Of a DNA stretch of 64,000 nt, positions 36,264-45,177 are shown in pieces (positions within the stretch are counted from its first letter, which is position 1; the number at the start of each line of letters is the position of its first letter). The notes under the pieces are model-generated. The model saw only the letters and a program-made list of their open reading frames with translations, made no database searches and was not told where the DNA came from. The stretch lies in the NCBI GenBank assembly GCA_963736645.1, contig CAVTPJ010000002.1, forward strand, positions 2,879 through 66,878. Reading direction: 5' to 3'. Source of the stretch: an uncultured Thermoleophilia bacterium. GTDB lineage: Bacteria > Actinomycetota > Thermoleophilia > UBA2241. A program made the position numbers and the translations under genes.

Positions 36264-38072
36264 ATGAAGCGTATGGAAGCACTCTCGCCCGGGGCCGGGC
36301 AGCCCGCCGTGGTCTCGCGCCGCGGCCCGCTGCGCCGCCTCGGCTCCTGGTATCGCCGCCACGTGTGGGTGGCGACCGCGCTGCTCATCGTCGTCCTCGC
36401 GGTCGCCGGCTTCGCCGCGCTGCAGGTGGTCACCTGGAGCAAGGTCGGCGACGGCGTCACGGTCGCCGGCATCCCGCTGCAAGGCCTCGGCCAGGACGCG
36501 GCCGCCGCCGCCGTGGCGTCACACGCGGACGGGTCGCTGGACACCGTGCGCCTCGACGTCGGTGAGGACGAGCCGCTCGTGCTGTCGCTGCGGCAGCTCG
36601 GCATCTCCGTCGACGCGGCCGCGACCGCGCGCGCCGCGTACGCCGCCGGCCGGCGCGACCTGCCGTTTGGACTGACCGTCTGGCTTCCCGGCGGCTCGAC
36701 GGAGGTGCCCCCCGTGGTCCGCGTCGACGCCGACGCCTACGCGAAGGGCCTCGCTCCGGTGCGCGCGCTGGTCGACGCTCCCGCGCTCGACGCCCGGCTC
36801 AAGCTCGCCGGCGAGCGCGTCACCGTGGTGCCGGCGGAGGACGGGCGAGAGGTCGACGCCGTCGCTCTCGAGCGCGACATCCTGGCGGCGCTGTCCGCCG
36901 GGCGGGGCTACGCCGGCCCGGTCCCCACGGCGGTGATCACGCCGGAGGTGAGCACGGTCGACGCCGAGGCGCGAGCCTCGGCCGCGGTCGCCTACCTCGC
37001 GCGTCCCATCACGCTGCGCTATCGCTCCAGAGAGGTGGTCCTCTCGCCTGAGCAGATGGCGGAGATGCTGAGCGTCAACCTCGGCGACGACGCCGACGAC
37101 TACCCGCTCACGTTCCGCAACGACCGCGCGCGGGCCGAGCTCCACCGCCTGTTCGCCTTCGCCGAGACGCCACCGGTGGACGCGACGGTCGAGGTCAACG
37201 ACGACGGCACCGTCAGCGTCACCGAGAGCAGCTCCGGCAACGTCCTGGACATGCCGGTCCTGCTGGAGGAGCTCGACGACGCCGCCGCGGGCGGCGGCCT
37301 GCGCACGATCTTCGTCGCGCTCACGCCCGCCTTCCCCAAGCTCTCGACCGCCGACGTCCAGAACATGGGGCTCTCCGCGCTCGGCTCGCAGTTCGTCACC
37401 TACTTCGATCCGCGCAACGAGTCGCGGGCCAACAACATCGCGCTCGCCGCCAAGCTCGTCGACGGGACCGTCGTGGACCCGGGCGAGACCTTCTCGCTGA
37501 ACGCCGCGATGGGGCCGCGCACGGCCAACCGCGGCTTCGACTACGCGCCGGTCATCGCCGCCGACAACGTGCTCCGTCAAGGGGTCGGCGGCGGCATCTG
37601 CCAGTACGCGACGACGCTCTTCAACGCCGTGTTCTTCGCCGGCCTGCCGGTGGTCGAGCGCCGGGCGCACTCGCTGTACATCTCGCACTACCCGATCGGC
37701 CGCGACGCCACGGTGGCCTGGGGAGCCATCGACTTCAAGTTCAAGAACGATACCGGCAGGAGCGTGATGATCCGCAGCTGGATCGACGGCGGCGCGCTCA
37801 CCGTGGCTCTGGTGGGGAAGACGGGACGCAAGGTCGAGTACACGACCTCTGGCTTTTATGATCTTCGTAAACCGGCCCACGGCAAGTCGGACCCGAGGGT
37901 GATCTACGACAGCGACCTCGGCCCGGGCGTGACCCGCTGGGAGAGGGGCATCGACGGGCTGAGCGTCAAGGTCGAGCGCACGGTGAAGGATTCGGACGGA
38001 GAGGTGCTGTTCCGCGACACCTTCGTCTCGCGCTACGAGCCGCTGGACTGGGTCAAGCGCGTCGGTACGTGA
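36264..38072 (+). CDS. VanW/YoaR-family protein (membrane-anchored)
   Basis: ATG at 36264, TM span VWVATALLIVVLAVAGFAAL. The C-terminal VanW core reads GETFSLNAAMGPRTANRGFDYAPVI...GGGICQYATTLFNAVFFAGLPVVERRAHSLYISHYPIGRDATV. Confidence 0.85.
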   Translation: MKRMEALSPGAGQPAVVSRRGPLRRLGSWYRRHVWVATALLIVVLAVAGFAALQVVTWSKVGDGVTVAGIPLQGLGQDAAAAAVASHADGSLDTVRLDVGEDEPLVLSLRQLGISVDAAATARAAYAAGRRDLPFGLTVWLPGGSTEVPPVVRVDADAYAKGLAPVRALVDAPALDARLKLAGERVTVVPAEDGREVDAVALERDILAALSAGRGYAGPVPTAVITPEVSTVDAEARASAAVAYLARPITLRYRSREVVLSPEQMAEMLSVNLGDDADDYPLTFRNDRARAELHRLFAFAETPPVDATVEVNDDGTVSVTESSSGNVLDMPVLLEELDDAAAGGGLRTIFVALTPAFPKLSTADVQNMGLSALGSQFVTYFDPRNESRANNIALAAKLVDGTVVDPGETFSLNAAMGPRTANRGFDYAPVIAADNVLRQGVGGGICQYATTLFNAVFFAGLPVVERRAHSLYISHYPIGRDATVAWGAIDFKFKNDTGRSVMIRSWIDGGALTVALVGKTGRKVEYTTSGFYDLRKPAHGKSDPRVIYDSDLGPGVTRWERGIDGLSVKVERTVKDSDGEVLFRDTFVSRYEPLDWVKRVGT

Positions 38073-38120
38073 GGCGGTGGGGGAGAGGCCCGGCAGCGCC
38101 GCCGCCCGGACCGCTGGCCG

Positions 38121-38699
38121 TCAGCCCGTCTTGGCGATGACCTGCTTGCAGACGACCTTGAGCGTCTCGAAGACGCCCTCTCCGGTCACCGCGCTGCTCT
38201 CCGCCACCGGGGAGTCGGTGTGGTTGAGGAGCTCGTTGAGGTCCTCCACGGAGAAGATGTCGGTGAGGTCGCGCTTGTTCATCTGGATGACGAAGCCGAG
38301 CTTGCTGAGGTCGTCGCCCTGGCCGAGCAGGTTGTCCCAGAGGTTGAGGTAGCTCTCCACGTTCTCGTCGAGGCGCGTGATCTGCGAGTCGGCGACGAAG
38401 ATCACGCCGTCGACGCCCTGCAGCACGAGCTTGCGGCTGGCGTTGTAGTAGCTCTGGCCGGGGACGGTGTAGAGATGGAAGCGCGTCTGCATGCCCTTGA
38501 CCGTGCCCAGGGTGAGCGGGAGGAAGTCGAAGTACAGGGTGCGCTCTTCCTCGGTGGCGATGCTGACCAGCTTGCCGCGGGCGTCGGGATTGATCTTGCG
38601 ATGGATGTACTGGAGGTTGGTCGTCTTTCCGCACAGGCCGCAGCCGTAGTAGACGATCTTGTAGTTGATCTCGCGGGCGGCGAAGTTGATGAGCGGCAT
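38121..38699 (-). CDS. mglA: MglA-type Ras-like small GTPase
   Basis: KIVYYGCGLCGKTTNLQYI (P-loop). LYTVPGQ (the MglA-specific TxxGQ in place of DxxGQ). QMNKRD (NKxD). Confidence 0.85.
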   Translation of the reverse strand: MPLINFAAREINYKIVYYGCGLCGKTTNLQYIHRKINPDARGKLVSIATEEERTLYFDFLPLTLGTVKGMQTRFHLYTVPGQSYYNASRKLVLQGVDGVIFVADSQITRLDENVESYLNLWDNLLGQGDDLSKLGFVIQMNKRDLTDIFSVEDLNELLNHTDSPVAESSAVTGEGVFETLKVVCKQVIAKTG

Positions 38700-38706
38700 C
38701 CGCGCC

Positions 38707-39192
38707 TCACATGTCCTTGAAGAGGTCGTCCATCGCCGTGCCGGCCGCCGCCTCGAAGCCGGCGTCCATCTCCGGCATCGCCTCGTCGTCCGTGCCCTCG
38801 AAGATCTGCCGCAGGACCTCGATGGCGCGCTGCGTGTACAGGCGCACCTTGCCCACCTGCGTCGCGCGCCCGAAGGTGACGATGAGCAGGACCTGCTCAG
38901 TGACCTGGGAGACGTGGAGGTTGAGGCCCTTGCCCTCGTGGAAGAGCAGGGTGAACTCGTTCTCGTCGAGGATCTTGGCCAACTGCTGCGTGGCGGCGAA
39001 GGAGCTGGCCGCCAGCGAAGCCAGCGACAGCGTCTCGGGGTGGTACTCGTCGGAGGCCGTCGTGATGGGCTGACCGGACGTGCTGATGAGCGCCAGGAAG
39101 CTCGATCCGGAGACTTCCTTCAGCTTCTGAAGGAGGTCATCGCAGCGATCGAGCTGGCGATCGTTGATGACGAGTCCTTTGCGACGTGCCAC
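38707..39192 (-). CDS. mglB: Roadblock/LC7-domain protein (MglB-like GAP partner)
   Basis: LLQKLKEVSGSSFLALISTSGQPITT...EFTLLFHEGKGLNLHVSQVTEQVLLIVTF is a Roadblock fold pattern. It ends 8 nt upstream of mglA on the same strand. Confidence 0.75.
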   Translation of the reverse strand: MARRKGLVINDRQLDRCDDLLQKLKEVSGSSFLALISTSGQPITTASDEYHPETLSLASLAASSFAATQQLAKILDENEFTLLFHEGKGLNLHVSQVTEQVLLIVTFGRATQVGKVRLYTQRAIEVLRQIFEGTDDEAMPEMDAGFEAAAGTAMDDLFKDM

Positions 39193-39417
39193 GCACGCTC
39201 CTCCCGTAGACGCCCGCGGTCAGCGAAGTATACAACAGCGCCGCCGCGGCCCCGCGTCCGTCCGGCGCTGGACCCTGTATCGTCCCGTTTCGAACAAAGC
39301 ATGAGAGCAGGCGCCCGCCGAAGAACCCGGGCAGGAAGGCGGGCGCCGGCTGCGAAGCATGCACGGAATGGAGGGACGCACGGACGCATTGACCAGACGC
39401 GATCAAAGGGGGGCGGC

Positions 39418-40017
39418 ATGGGCCTGAGAGGCGACCTCTCCGAGCTGCCGCTGCCGGACCTGGTCCAGATGACGTCCGTCGGCGGCAAGACGGGACGCCT
39501 GGTGCTCTTCGATGAGGAGGGCGCCGTCGCCGGCGAGCTCACCTTCAGGCAAGGACGCCTCGTCGGCGCCCACTGCGGCGAGCTGACCGCCGAGAAGGCG
39601 TTCTACGCCTTGCTCGCCGCCAAGACCGGCACCTTCGACTTCGATCCCGCCGCGGAACTCGACGAGGACGCCTTCAACCTGCCGACGGAGTCGCTCCTCA
39701 TGGAGGGAATGCGCCGCCTCGACGAGACGTACCGCCTGCGCCGACGCCTGCCGGCGCCGGGACGCGTGCGCTTTCTCGGCGGCGAGGCCGACGATACGCT
39801 CGAGGCACGCATCCTCGGCTACGTCGGACCGGGAACGCGCACGGTCGGCGACATCGTCGAGGGCATCCTCGTGGGCGGCGACGCCGACGAGTACGACGCC
39901 CTGCAGGCCATCGGCCGGCTCGCAGCCCGGGAGGTCGTGCGCGTCGAACGGCCTTCCGAGGCCGCTGACGCAGACCCCTCGGCGGGCCGGCCACCTCAAC
40001 CTGAGCTTGAACGTTGA
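39418..40017 (+). CDS. DUF4388 (PATAN-like N-terminal) domain protein
   Basis: MGLRGDLSELPLPDLVQMTSVGGKTGRLVLFDEEG..GELTFRQGRLVGA.CGELTAEKAFYALL is the typical DUF4388 opening. Divergent from mglBA. Confidence 0.7.
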   Translation: MGLRGDLSELPLPDLVQMTSVGGKTGRLVLFDEEGAVAGELTFRQGRLVGAHCGELTAEKAFYALLAAKTGTFDFDPAAELDEDAFNLPTESLLMEGMRRLDETYRLRRRLPAPGRVRFLGGEADDTLEARILGYVGPGTRTVGDIVEGILVGGDADEYDALQAIGRLAAREVVRVERPSEAADADPSAGRPPQPELER

Positions 40018-40074
40018 GGGCGGGTCGGGTAGCATCGTCGGTCCTACCCCCGACGCACGGAGAGGAGTCACGCG

Positions 40075-40362
40075 ATGGACGACATCGTCGACCTGGTGTC
40101 CCGTTCGGACGATGACCTTCGCGCGCTCATCGCGGAGCTCGAGGCCGAGGAGCGCGACATCTCGCGCCGGCGGAGGATCCTGCACGGCGAACTGGACATC
40201 CTGCGCGCGGAACTCGTGATGCGCCTCCAGCGCAAGCACTCCCAGGGCGAGTCGGTCATCTCGGCCGACGACGTCGAGGGCCTCTCGCGGATCCTTGCCG
40301 GCAAGGCCCCGACCGCCGCGTCCGAGGCCGCTTCCGGCGACGAAGAGGACGCGGAGGACTAG
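40075..40362 (+). CDS. Small coiled-coil protein carrying an RsiG-like single c-di-GMP-binding-type motif
   Basis: 95 aa: MDDIVDLVSRSDDDLRALIAELEAEERDISRRRRILHGELDILRAELVMRL... contains E26-x3-S30-x2-R33-x3-H37-x3-D41. It has an acidic tail, and its stop lies directly before the FHA gene start. Confidence 0.5.
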   Translation: MDDIVDLVSRSDDDLRALIAELEAEERDISRRRRILHGELDILRAELVMRLQRKHSQGESVISADDVEGLSRILAGKAPTAASEAASGDEEDAED

Positions 40363-40363
40363 C

Positions 40364-40828
40364 GTGTTCTGCCCCGAGTGCGGCATCCGCAACTCCGAGG
40401 GCGCCAGCTTCTGCGTCCGCTGCGGGGCCAGCCTGCTCGCCGACCAGCCCGAGTCGGCCACCACGCTCAGCTTCGTCCCCGGTGACGAGGACGGAGAGGC
40501 GGTGCCGTTCGCGGCGGCCTGCGCCGAGGACGCCTGCCTCGTCATCCGCAGTGGCGGAGGCCGGGCCGGCGAGACCTACGTGCTCAGGGGGGAGCGGGTC
40601 GCGATCGGGAGGCATCCGGAGGCGGCGATCTTCCTCGACGACGTCACGGTCTCCCGCGACCACGCCGTCGTCGTCCGCGAGGGGGGCGGGTGGGTCATCG
40701 TCGACGAGGGCAGCCTCAACGGCACCTTCATCAACCGGCGCCGGGGGGATCGCACGGTCCTCTCCGACGGCGACGAGATCCAGATCGGCAAGTACAAGCT
40801 CACGTTCCTCGCCCCGGCGGGGACCTGA
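40364..40828 (+). CDS. Zinc-ribbon + FHA domain protein (GarA/OdhI-like architecture)
   Basis: GTG at 40364. CPECGIRNSEGASFCVRCG (zinc ribbon). ...VAIGRHPEAAIFLDDVTVSRDHAVVVREGGGWVIVDEGSLNGTFINRRR (FHA core G-R...S-R-x-H...N-G-T). Confidence 0.85.
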   Translation: MFCPECGIRNSEGASFCVRCGASLLADQPESATTLSFVPGDEDGEAVPFAAACAEDACLVIRSGGGRAGETYVLRGERVAIGRHPEAAIFLDDVTVSRDHAVVVREGGGWVIVDEGSLNGTFINRRRGDRTVLSDGDEIQIGKYKLTFLAPAGT

Positions 40829-40846
40829 CGAGCGGCGGGGGGCGAC

Positions 40847-41575
40847 GTGACCGAGACCGCGGAACTGCTGTTCGATGTGGGCGACGAACGCCTGCTCACC
40901 ATCGGCTCGGTGGTCGACCGCCTGCGGGCCGAGTTCCCAGACATCAGCGTCAGCAAGCTCCGCTACCTGGAGGAGCAGGGACTGGTCACGCCGCGGCGCA
41001 CCAAGTCGGGGTACCGCCTCTACTCCCAGGACGACTTCTCGCGTCTTGTCCGCGTGCTCGGCATGCAGCGCGACGAGTACCTGCCGCTCAAGGTCATCCG
41101 GCGCGAACTCGAACGCAGCCCCGCCAGCCAGCTGCCGTCTGCCCGGCAGGGCCTGCGCAAGACGGACCTGCTGAGCCCGGGGGAGGGGCGCGAGTACACC
41201 TCAGAGGAGGTCCAGCAGCTCACGGGCGCCGACATCGGGCTCCTCGACGAGCTCGAGGACTACGAGCTCATCCACGGCCGCCAGGTAAGCGGCGTCAAGC
41301 GCTACACCGAGACCGACGCCGGCATCGTGGCGGCCGCGGCGCAGCTCGCGCAGCTCGGCCTGCGGCCCAAGAACCTCCGCGTCGTCAAGAGCGCCGTGGA
41401 CCGTGAGATCGGGCTGATCGAGCAGGTGCTCCTGCCGGCGCTGCGCTCCAAGCGGCCCGAGCGCCGGCGCGAAGGCCTGGACCAGCTCGACGACATCGTC
41501 CAGTCGTCCACCCAGCTCCGGCAGCTCCTGCTCGCCCGCGGCATCCGCCGGCTCACCGGCGGCGACGGCCGCTGA
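40847..41575 (+). CDS. MerR-family transcriptional regulator (FtsR-like position after the FHA gene)
   Basis: LTIGSVVDRLRAEFPDISVSKLRYLEEQGLVTPRRTKSGYRLYSQDDFSRLVRVLGMQRDEYLPLKVIR is a MerR HTH. Confidence 0.8.
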   Translation: MTETAELLFDVGDERLLTIGSVVDRLRAEFPDISVSKLRYLEEQGLVTPRRTKSGYRLYSQDDFSRLVRVLGMQRDEYLPLKVIRRELERSPASQLPSARQGLRKTDLLSPGEGREYTSEEVQQLTGADIGLLDELEDYELIHGRQVSGVKRYTETDAGIVAAAAQLAQLGLRPKNLRVVKSAVDREIGLIEQVLLPALRSKRPERRREGLDQLDDIVQSSTQLRQLLLARGIRRLTGGDGR

Positions 41576-41637
41576 GGGAGCCGTTCCCGTCATCCAGCTG
41601 CGCCAGCGTGTAGCAGTCGCCTCGTGAAGGAGACCCC

Positions 41638-42165
41638 ATGACAGACGGACGCTTCGACCTCGCCGCCCACGTGCGCGACGTCCCCGACTTCCCGAAGGAA
41701 GGGATCCTCTTCCGCGACATCATGCCGCTGCTGCAGGACCCTCGCGCCCTTCGCGAGGCCGTGGACCGGCTCGTGGAGTACGGTACGGGCAAGCACATCG
41801 ACGTGGTCATGGGAGCGGAGGCGAGAGGCTTCATCCTCGGCGCCGCGGTGGCCTATGGCCTCGGCGCCGGCTTCGCCTGCGCGCGCAAGCCCGGCAAGCT
41901 GCCCCACGACACCGTGTCCGCCGAGTACGACCTCGAATACGGCACCGACAGGCTCGAGGTCCACACCGACGCCATCAAGCCGGGGCAGAACGTCCTGGTC
42001 CACGACGACCTGCTCGCCACCGGGGGCACGGCGCGCGCCAAGATCGAGCTCGTCGAGAAGCTCGGCGGCAAGGTCGTCGGCGTCGCCTTCATCATCGAGC
42101 TGTCCGGCCTCGAGGGCCGCAAGAAGCTCGACGGCTACGACGTCTTCAGCCTGATCACCTACTGA
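41638..42165 (+). CDS. apt: Adenine phosphoribosyltransferase
   Basis: [21 protein letters not shown]...[16 protein letters not shown] (PRPP-binding motif). 175 aa, full length. Confidence 0.95.
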   Translation: MTDGRFDLAAHVRDVPDFPKEGILFRDIMPLLQDPRALREAVDRLVEYGTGKHIDVVMGAEARGFILGAAVAYGLGAGFACARKPGKLPHDTVSAEYDLEYGTDRLEVHTDAIKPGQNVLVHDDLLATGGTARAKIELVEKLGGKVVGVAFIIELSGLEGRKKLDGYDVFSLITY

Positions 42166-42728
42166 CGCGACGGCGGACGCCGTCCAGGCGGCCCGCCGGA
42201 CAACGCCCCTCTCGCAGCCGCGGCACGAACACCTGTTCGTGTCCGCGTGTCTCGAGCAGTCTGCCGCACGCCAAGCCGAGTCCTCGTCTGAAGCATCAGG
42301 CACTGCGTCCGCACGCGACCGGCGGCCCGCCAGGGCTTTCAAGCGACGGGTTCATCTGTCGTCGCGGCCCGAACGGTCACGCGCACCTGAGGCAGGAACG
42401 ACGCAGGGGAGTGCGGCGAGCGCAGATGCACGCGTCGATACCGGCGCCGCAACGGCGGGTAGCCGGAACCACGACCAAGGCAACGAGAACGACCACGACG
42501 GTCACCGAGGATCGTCGATCGTCATCACCGCTGCAAGAGAGCAGGACACACTGCAGGGAGGAGTCTCAGCAGGATGGCGCCGGGTGGGGAGGGCGCTCAG
42601 GACGCCGATTCGAGGCACGGCGGCTCCCTTCAGTGCCAGCTTTACATAACGGAGATTATCGCGTGTTACTCGAGAAGGCCGACGGGGCCCTTGACGGCCC
42701 TCCGCATGGCACTACGCCGGTCGGAGAG

Positions 42729-43232
42729 CTACCAGCGCCGGCCGAGATACTGTGGTGACGAGGGCATCTCCCTCACACAGGCGAGCAGGAACTCGGTGAT
42801 CGGCGGGCGCACGTCAGCGGACTGCAGCTGGAGCTCGCTCAGATAGCGCGCGTTGAGGACCTTGACCTCTTGCGGCTGCGGCAGCGCCTCCGGCGACGCG
42901 GAGATCTCGAACACCATGTGGATCACGTGTTTGGCGTACTGCGGGTCCGGCGAGATCGATTCGACGATCGCGAGCAGGCGCTGGACGCCGACGCGGAGGC
43001 CCAGCTCCTCCTGGAGCTCGCGGCGGAGCGCGTCGGAAAGCGTCTCGCCGAAGTGCACGCCGCCGCCTGGGAGCAGCCAGTACCTCTCCTCCCCGCGACC
43101 CTGCTCTACCATCAAGATACTACCCTCGTGGACGAGCAGGCCTGCGACACGGATAGTAGGCTTCTCGCCCGCTCCCGCGGCGTCCGAGGGGATGCCTTGG
43201 AGCGCCTCAGGGTCCGGGACGGCGCCGGGCAC
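42729..43232 (-). CDS. NUDIX hydrolase
   Basis: Nudix box: LPGGGVHFGETLSDALRRELQEELGL. Confidence 0.85.
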   Translation of the reverse strand: MPGAVPDPEALQGIPSDAAGAGEKPTIRVAGLLVHEGSILMVEQGRGEERYWLLPGGGVHFGETLSDALRRELQEELGLRVGVQRLLAIVESISPDPQYAKHVIHMVFEISASPEALPQPQEVKVLNARYLSELQLQSADVRPPITEFLLACVREMPSSPQYLGRRW

Positions 43233-43234
43233 GG

Positions 43235-43693
43235 CTACCTCCCCCCCGTGCCGCTGGAGCCGAAGCCGCGCTCGCCTCGATGGGTGGCGCCGAGGTCGGC
43301 GCGCGGCACCAGCGCCACCGCCGTGAGCGGCAGAAACAGCAGCTGCGCGATGCGGTCGCCGACCGACACGCGGAAGTCGTGCTCCCGGTCGGTGTTGAGA
43401 AGGATGATGCGCACCTCGCCACGATACCCCGGATCGATCAGCCCGGGAGCGTTGACGATCGAGATGCCGTGACGGGCGGCGAGTCCGGAGCGTGGCAGTG
43501 TGAGCGCCGCGAGGTGGCTGGGCAGGCCGAGCGCGATCCCGGTGCCCACGACGGCCCGCTCGAGCGGGCGGAGCGTCGCCGTCTCCGCTGCGAACAGGTC
43601 GTAGGCTGCGTCGTGCTCGTAGGCGCGCTCGGGCAGGCGCGCGTCCGGCGACAGCAGGCGCACGGGGACGGGCAGGCAGGCTTCAGGCGTCAT
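43235..43693 (-). CDS. dut: dUTP diphosphatase
   Basis: AYDLFA...GLPSHLAALTLPRSGLAARHGISIVNAPGLIDPGYRGEVRIILLN...GDRIAQLLF...RGERGFGSSG. Confidence 0.9.
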   Translation of the reverse strand: MTPEACLPVPVRLLSPDARLPERAYEHDAAYDLFAAETATLRPLERAVVGTGIALGLPSHLAALTLPRSGLAARHGISIVNAPGLIDPGYRGEVRIILLNTDREHDFRVSVGDRIAQLLFLPLTAVALVPRADLGATHRGERGFGSSGTGGR

Positions 43694-45143
43694 CCCCGTC
43701 CTCCTTCAGATGCTCCTGGGCCCCTCCAGCGGCCTCCGCAGGCTCCGGGACGCCTCCAGGAGCCTTCTGGAGCCCGTTTTCGGCGTCGGCGGGTCCGCAG
43801 AGGTCCTCGGACCCGTCCTGGGGGTCGGCGGCCGCGTCCGGAGCCTCCCCGACAGGCTCGGGGTCGAGGCAGAAGCGCGCGTAGCGCCCGGCTTCGGCTG
43901 CGGGCAGCCTGGCGGTGAAGACGACGCCGTCCGAGGTGTGCTCCTCGTGGACGTCGCTGGCGATGCCGCGGAGACGGTGCATCTCGCCGGCCTCCGCATA
44001 CGGGAAGAGCAGGCGCACCGGCCGCAGGGCGCGGTCGAAGAAGCGAGCCAGAGCGGCCCGCAGGGCATCGAGCCCGAGGCCGGGGCCGGCGGCGATGAAC
44101 TCGGCCTCCGGGTAGAGCGCGCGCAGCCGCAGGAGCTTGCCTTCGTCCACGCGGTCGATCTTGTTGAAGACGAGGATCCGCGGGGCGGTGCTGCCGATCA
44201 TCTCGAGCACGTCCGCCACCGTCTTCTCACGCACGGCGATCTCCGCGATGTCGAGAGCGGCGTCGGCGACCACCAGGACGACGTCCGCGAGCGTCGTCTC
44301 TTCGAGAGTGCTGGCGAACGCGTCCACGAGCTGGTGCGGGAGCTTGCGGATGAAGCCGACGGTGTCGGTGATCACGTAGTCGCGGTCGTGGTAGCGGAAG
44401 CTGCGCGAGGTCGGGTCGAGCGTCTCGAAGAGGCGGTCGCGAACCGAGACGTCCGCGTCGGTCAGGGCGTTGAGCAGCGTCGACTTGCCGGCGTTGGTGT
44501 AGCCGGCGAGCGCGATGAGCGGCACGCCGGCGCGCAGACGCCTCGCGCGCTGCGTGCGGCGCGTACGCGCCATCTGGTCGATCCGCCGGCGGAGCGTCTG
44601 GATCCGCCGCCGCACGACCCGCCGGTCGACCTCCATCTTGGTCTCGCCGGGGCCGCGCATGTCGACGCCGGCGCCCAGGCGGCTCATCACGAGCCCCTTG
44701 CCGCGCATCCGCGTGAGCTCGTATTCGAGCTGGGCCAGGTGGACCTGCAGCGTGCCCTCGAGCGAGTGGGCGTGCTTGCTGAACACGGTGAGGATGAGCT
44801 CGGTGCGGTCGAGCACATCGGCGTCGACGGCGTCGAGGACGGCGGCCACCTGGGCGGGCGTGAGGTCGTCCTCGCAGACGGCGATCGTCGCGGCGTTCTC
44901 GGTGATCGACGCCTTGAGCTCGCTCATCTTGCCCTTGCCGAGATAGGTGCGCGGATTGGGAGCGTCGCGATGCTGGATCACGTCGGCGACCCACTCCATG
45001 TCGGCAGAGCGCAGAAGCTCCTTGATCTCGGCCAGCGCCTCGTCCTCACCGGGCTCGCCGTGGCCGCCGGGGACGACCGCGAAGACGACGGACCGCGGGC
45101 GCACGGTGGTCGCGCCGGTGTCGGCGCCGTTCGCGGCGCCCAT
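43683..45143 (-). CDS. hflX: GTPase HflX
   Basis: RTYLGKGKMSELK...LQVHLAQLEYELTRMRG...GPGETKMEVDRR...ALAGYTNAGKSTLLNAL...DTVGFIRKLPHQLV...FNKID. Carries an acidic C-terminal extension. Confidence 0.9.
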   Translation of the reverse strand: MGAANGADTGATTVRPRSVVFAVVPGGHGEPGEDEALAEIKELLRSADMEWVADVIQHRDAPNPRTYLGKGKMSELKASITENAATIAVCEDDLTPAQVAAVLDAVDADVLDRTELILTVFSKHAHSLEGTLQVHLAQLEYELTRMRGKGLVMSRLGAGVDMRGPGETKMEVDRRVVRRRIQTLRRRIDQMARTRRTQRARRLRAGVPLIALAGYTNAGKSTLLNALTDADVSVRDRLFETLDPTSRSFRYHDRDYVITDTVGFIRKLPHQLVDAFASTLEETTLADVVLVVADAALDIAEIAVREKTVADVLEMIGSTAPRILVFNKIDRVDEGKLLRLRALYPEAEFIAAGPGLGLDALRAALARFFDRALRPVRLLFPYAEAGEMHRLRGIASDVHEEHTSDGVVFTARLPAAEAGRYARFCLDPEPVGEAPDAAADPQDGSEDLCGPADAENGLQKAPGGVPEPAEAAGGAQEHLKEDGDDA

Positions 45144-45177
45144 CAGGCGCTCCCGGTGCGCACGAGACTGCGGGTCT

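Noticed and set aside
42600-42640. GGCACTGAAGGGA (minus-strand sense) as a cobalamin-riboswitch B12 box
   Set aside because: It differs from the GCCACTG core. None of the other conserved cobalamin-riboswitch segments are present, and no transport or cobalamin gene lies downstream.
42239-42649. 136-codon + strand ORF in the apt/NUDIX spacer as a protein-coding gene
   Set aside because: Third-codon positions are frequently A/T, unlike every confident gene here. The product is low-complexity (Ser/Ala/Arg/Asp), and there is no RBS.
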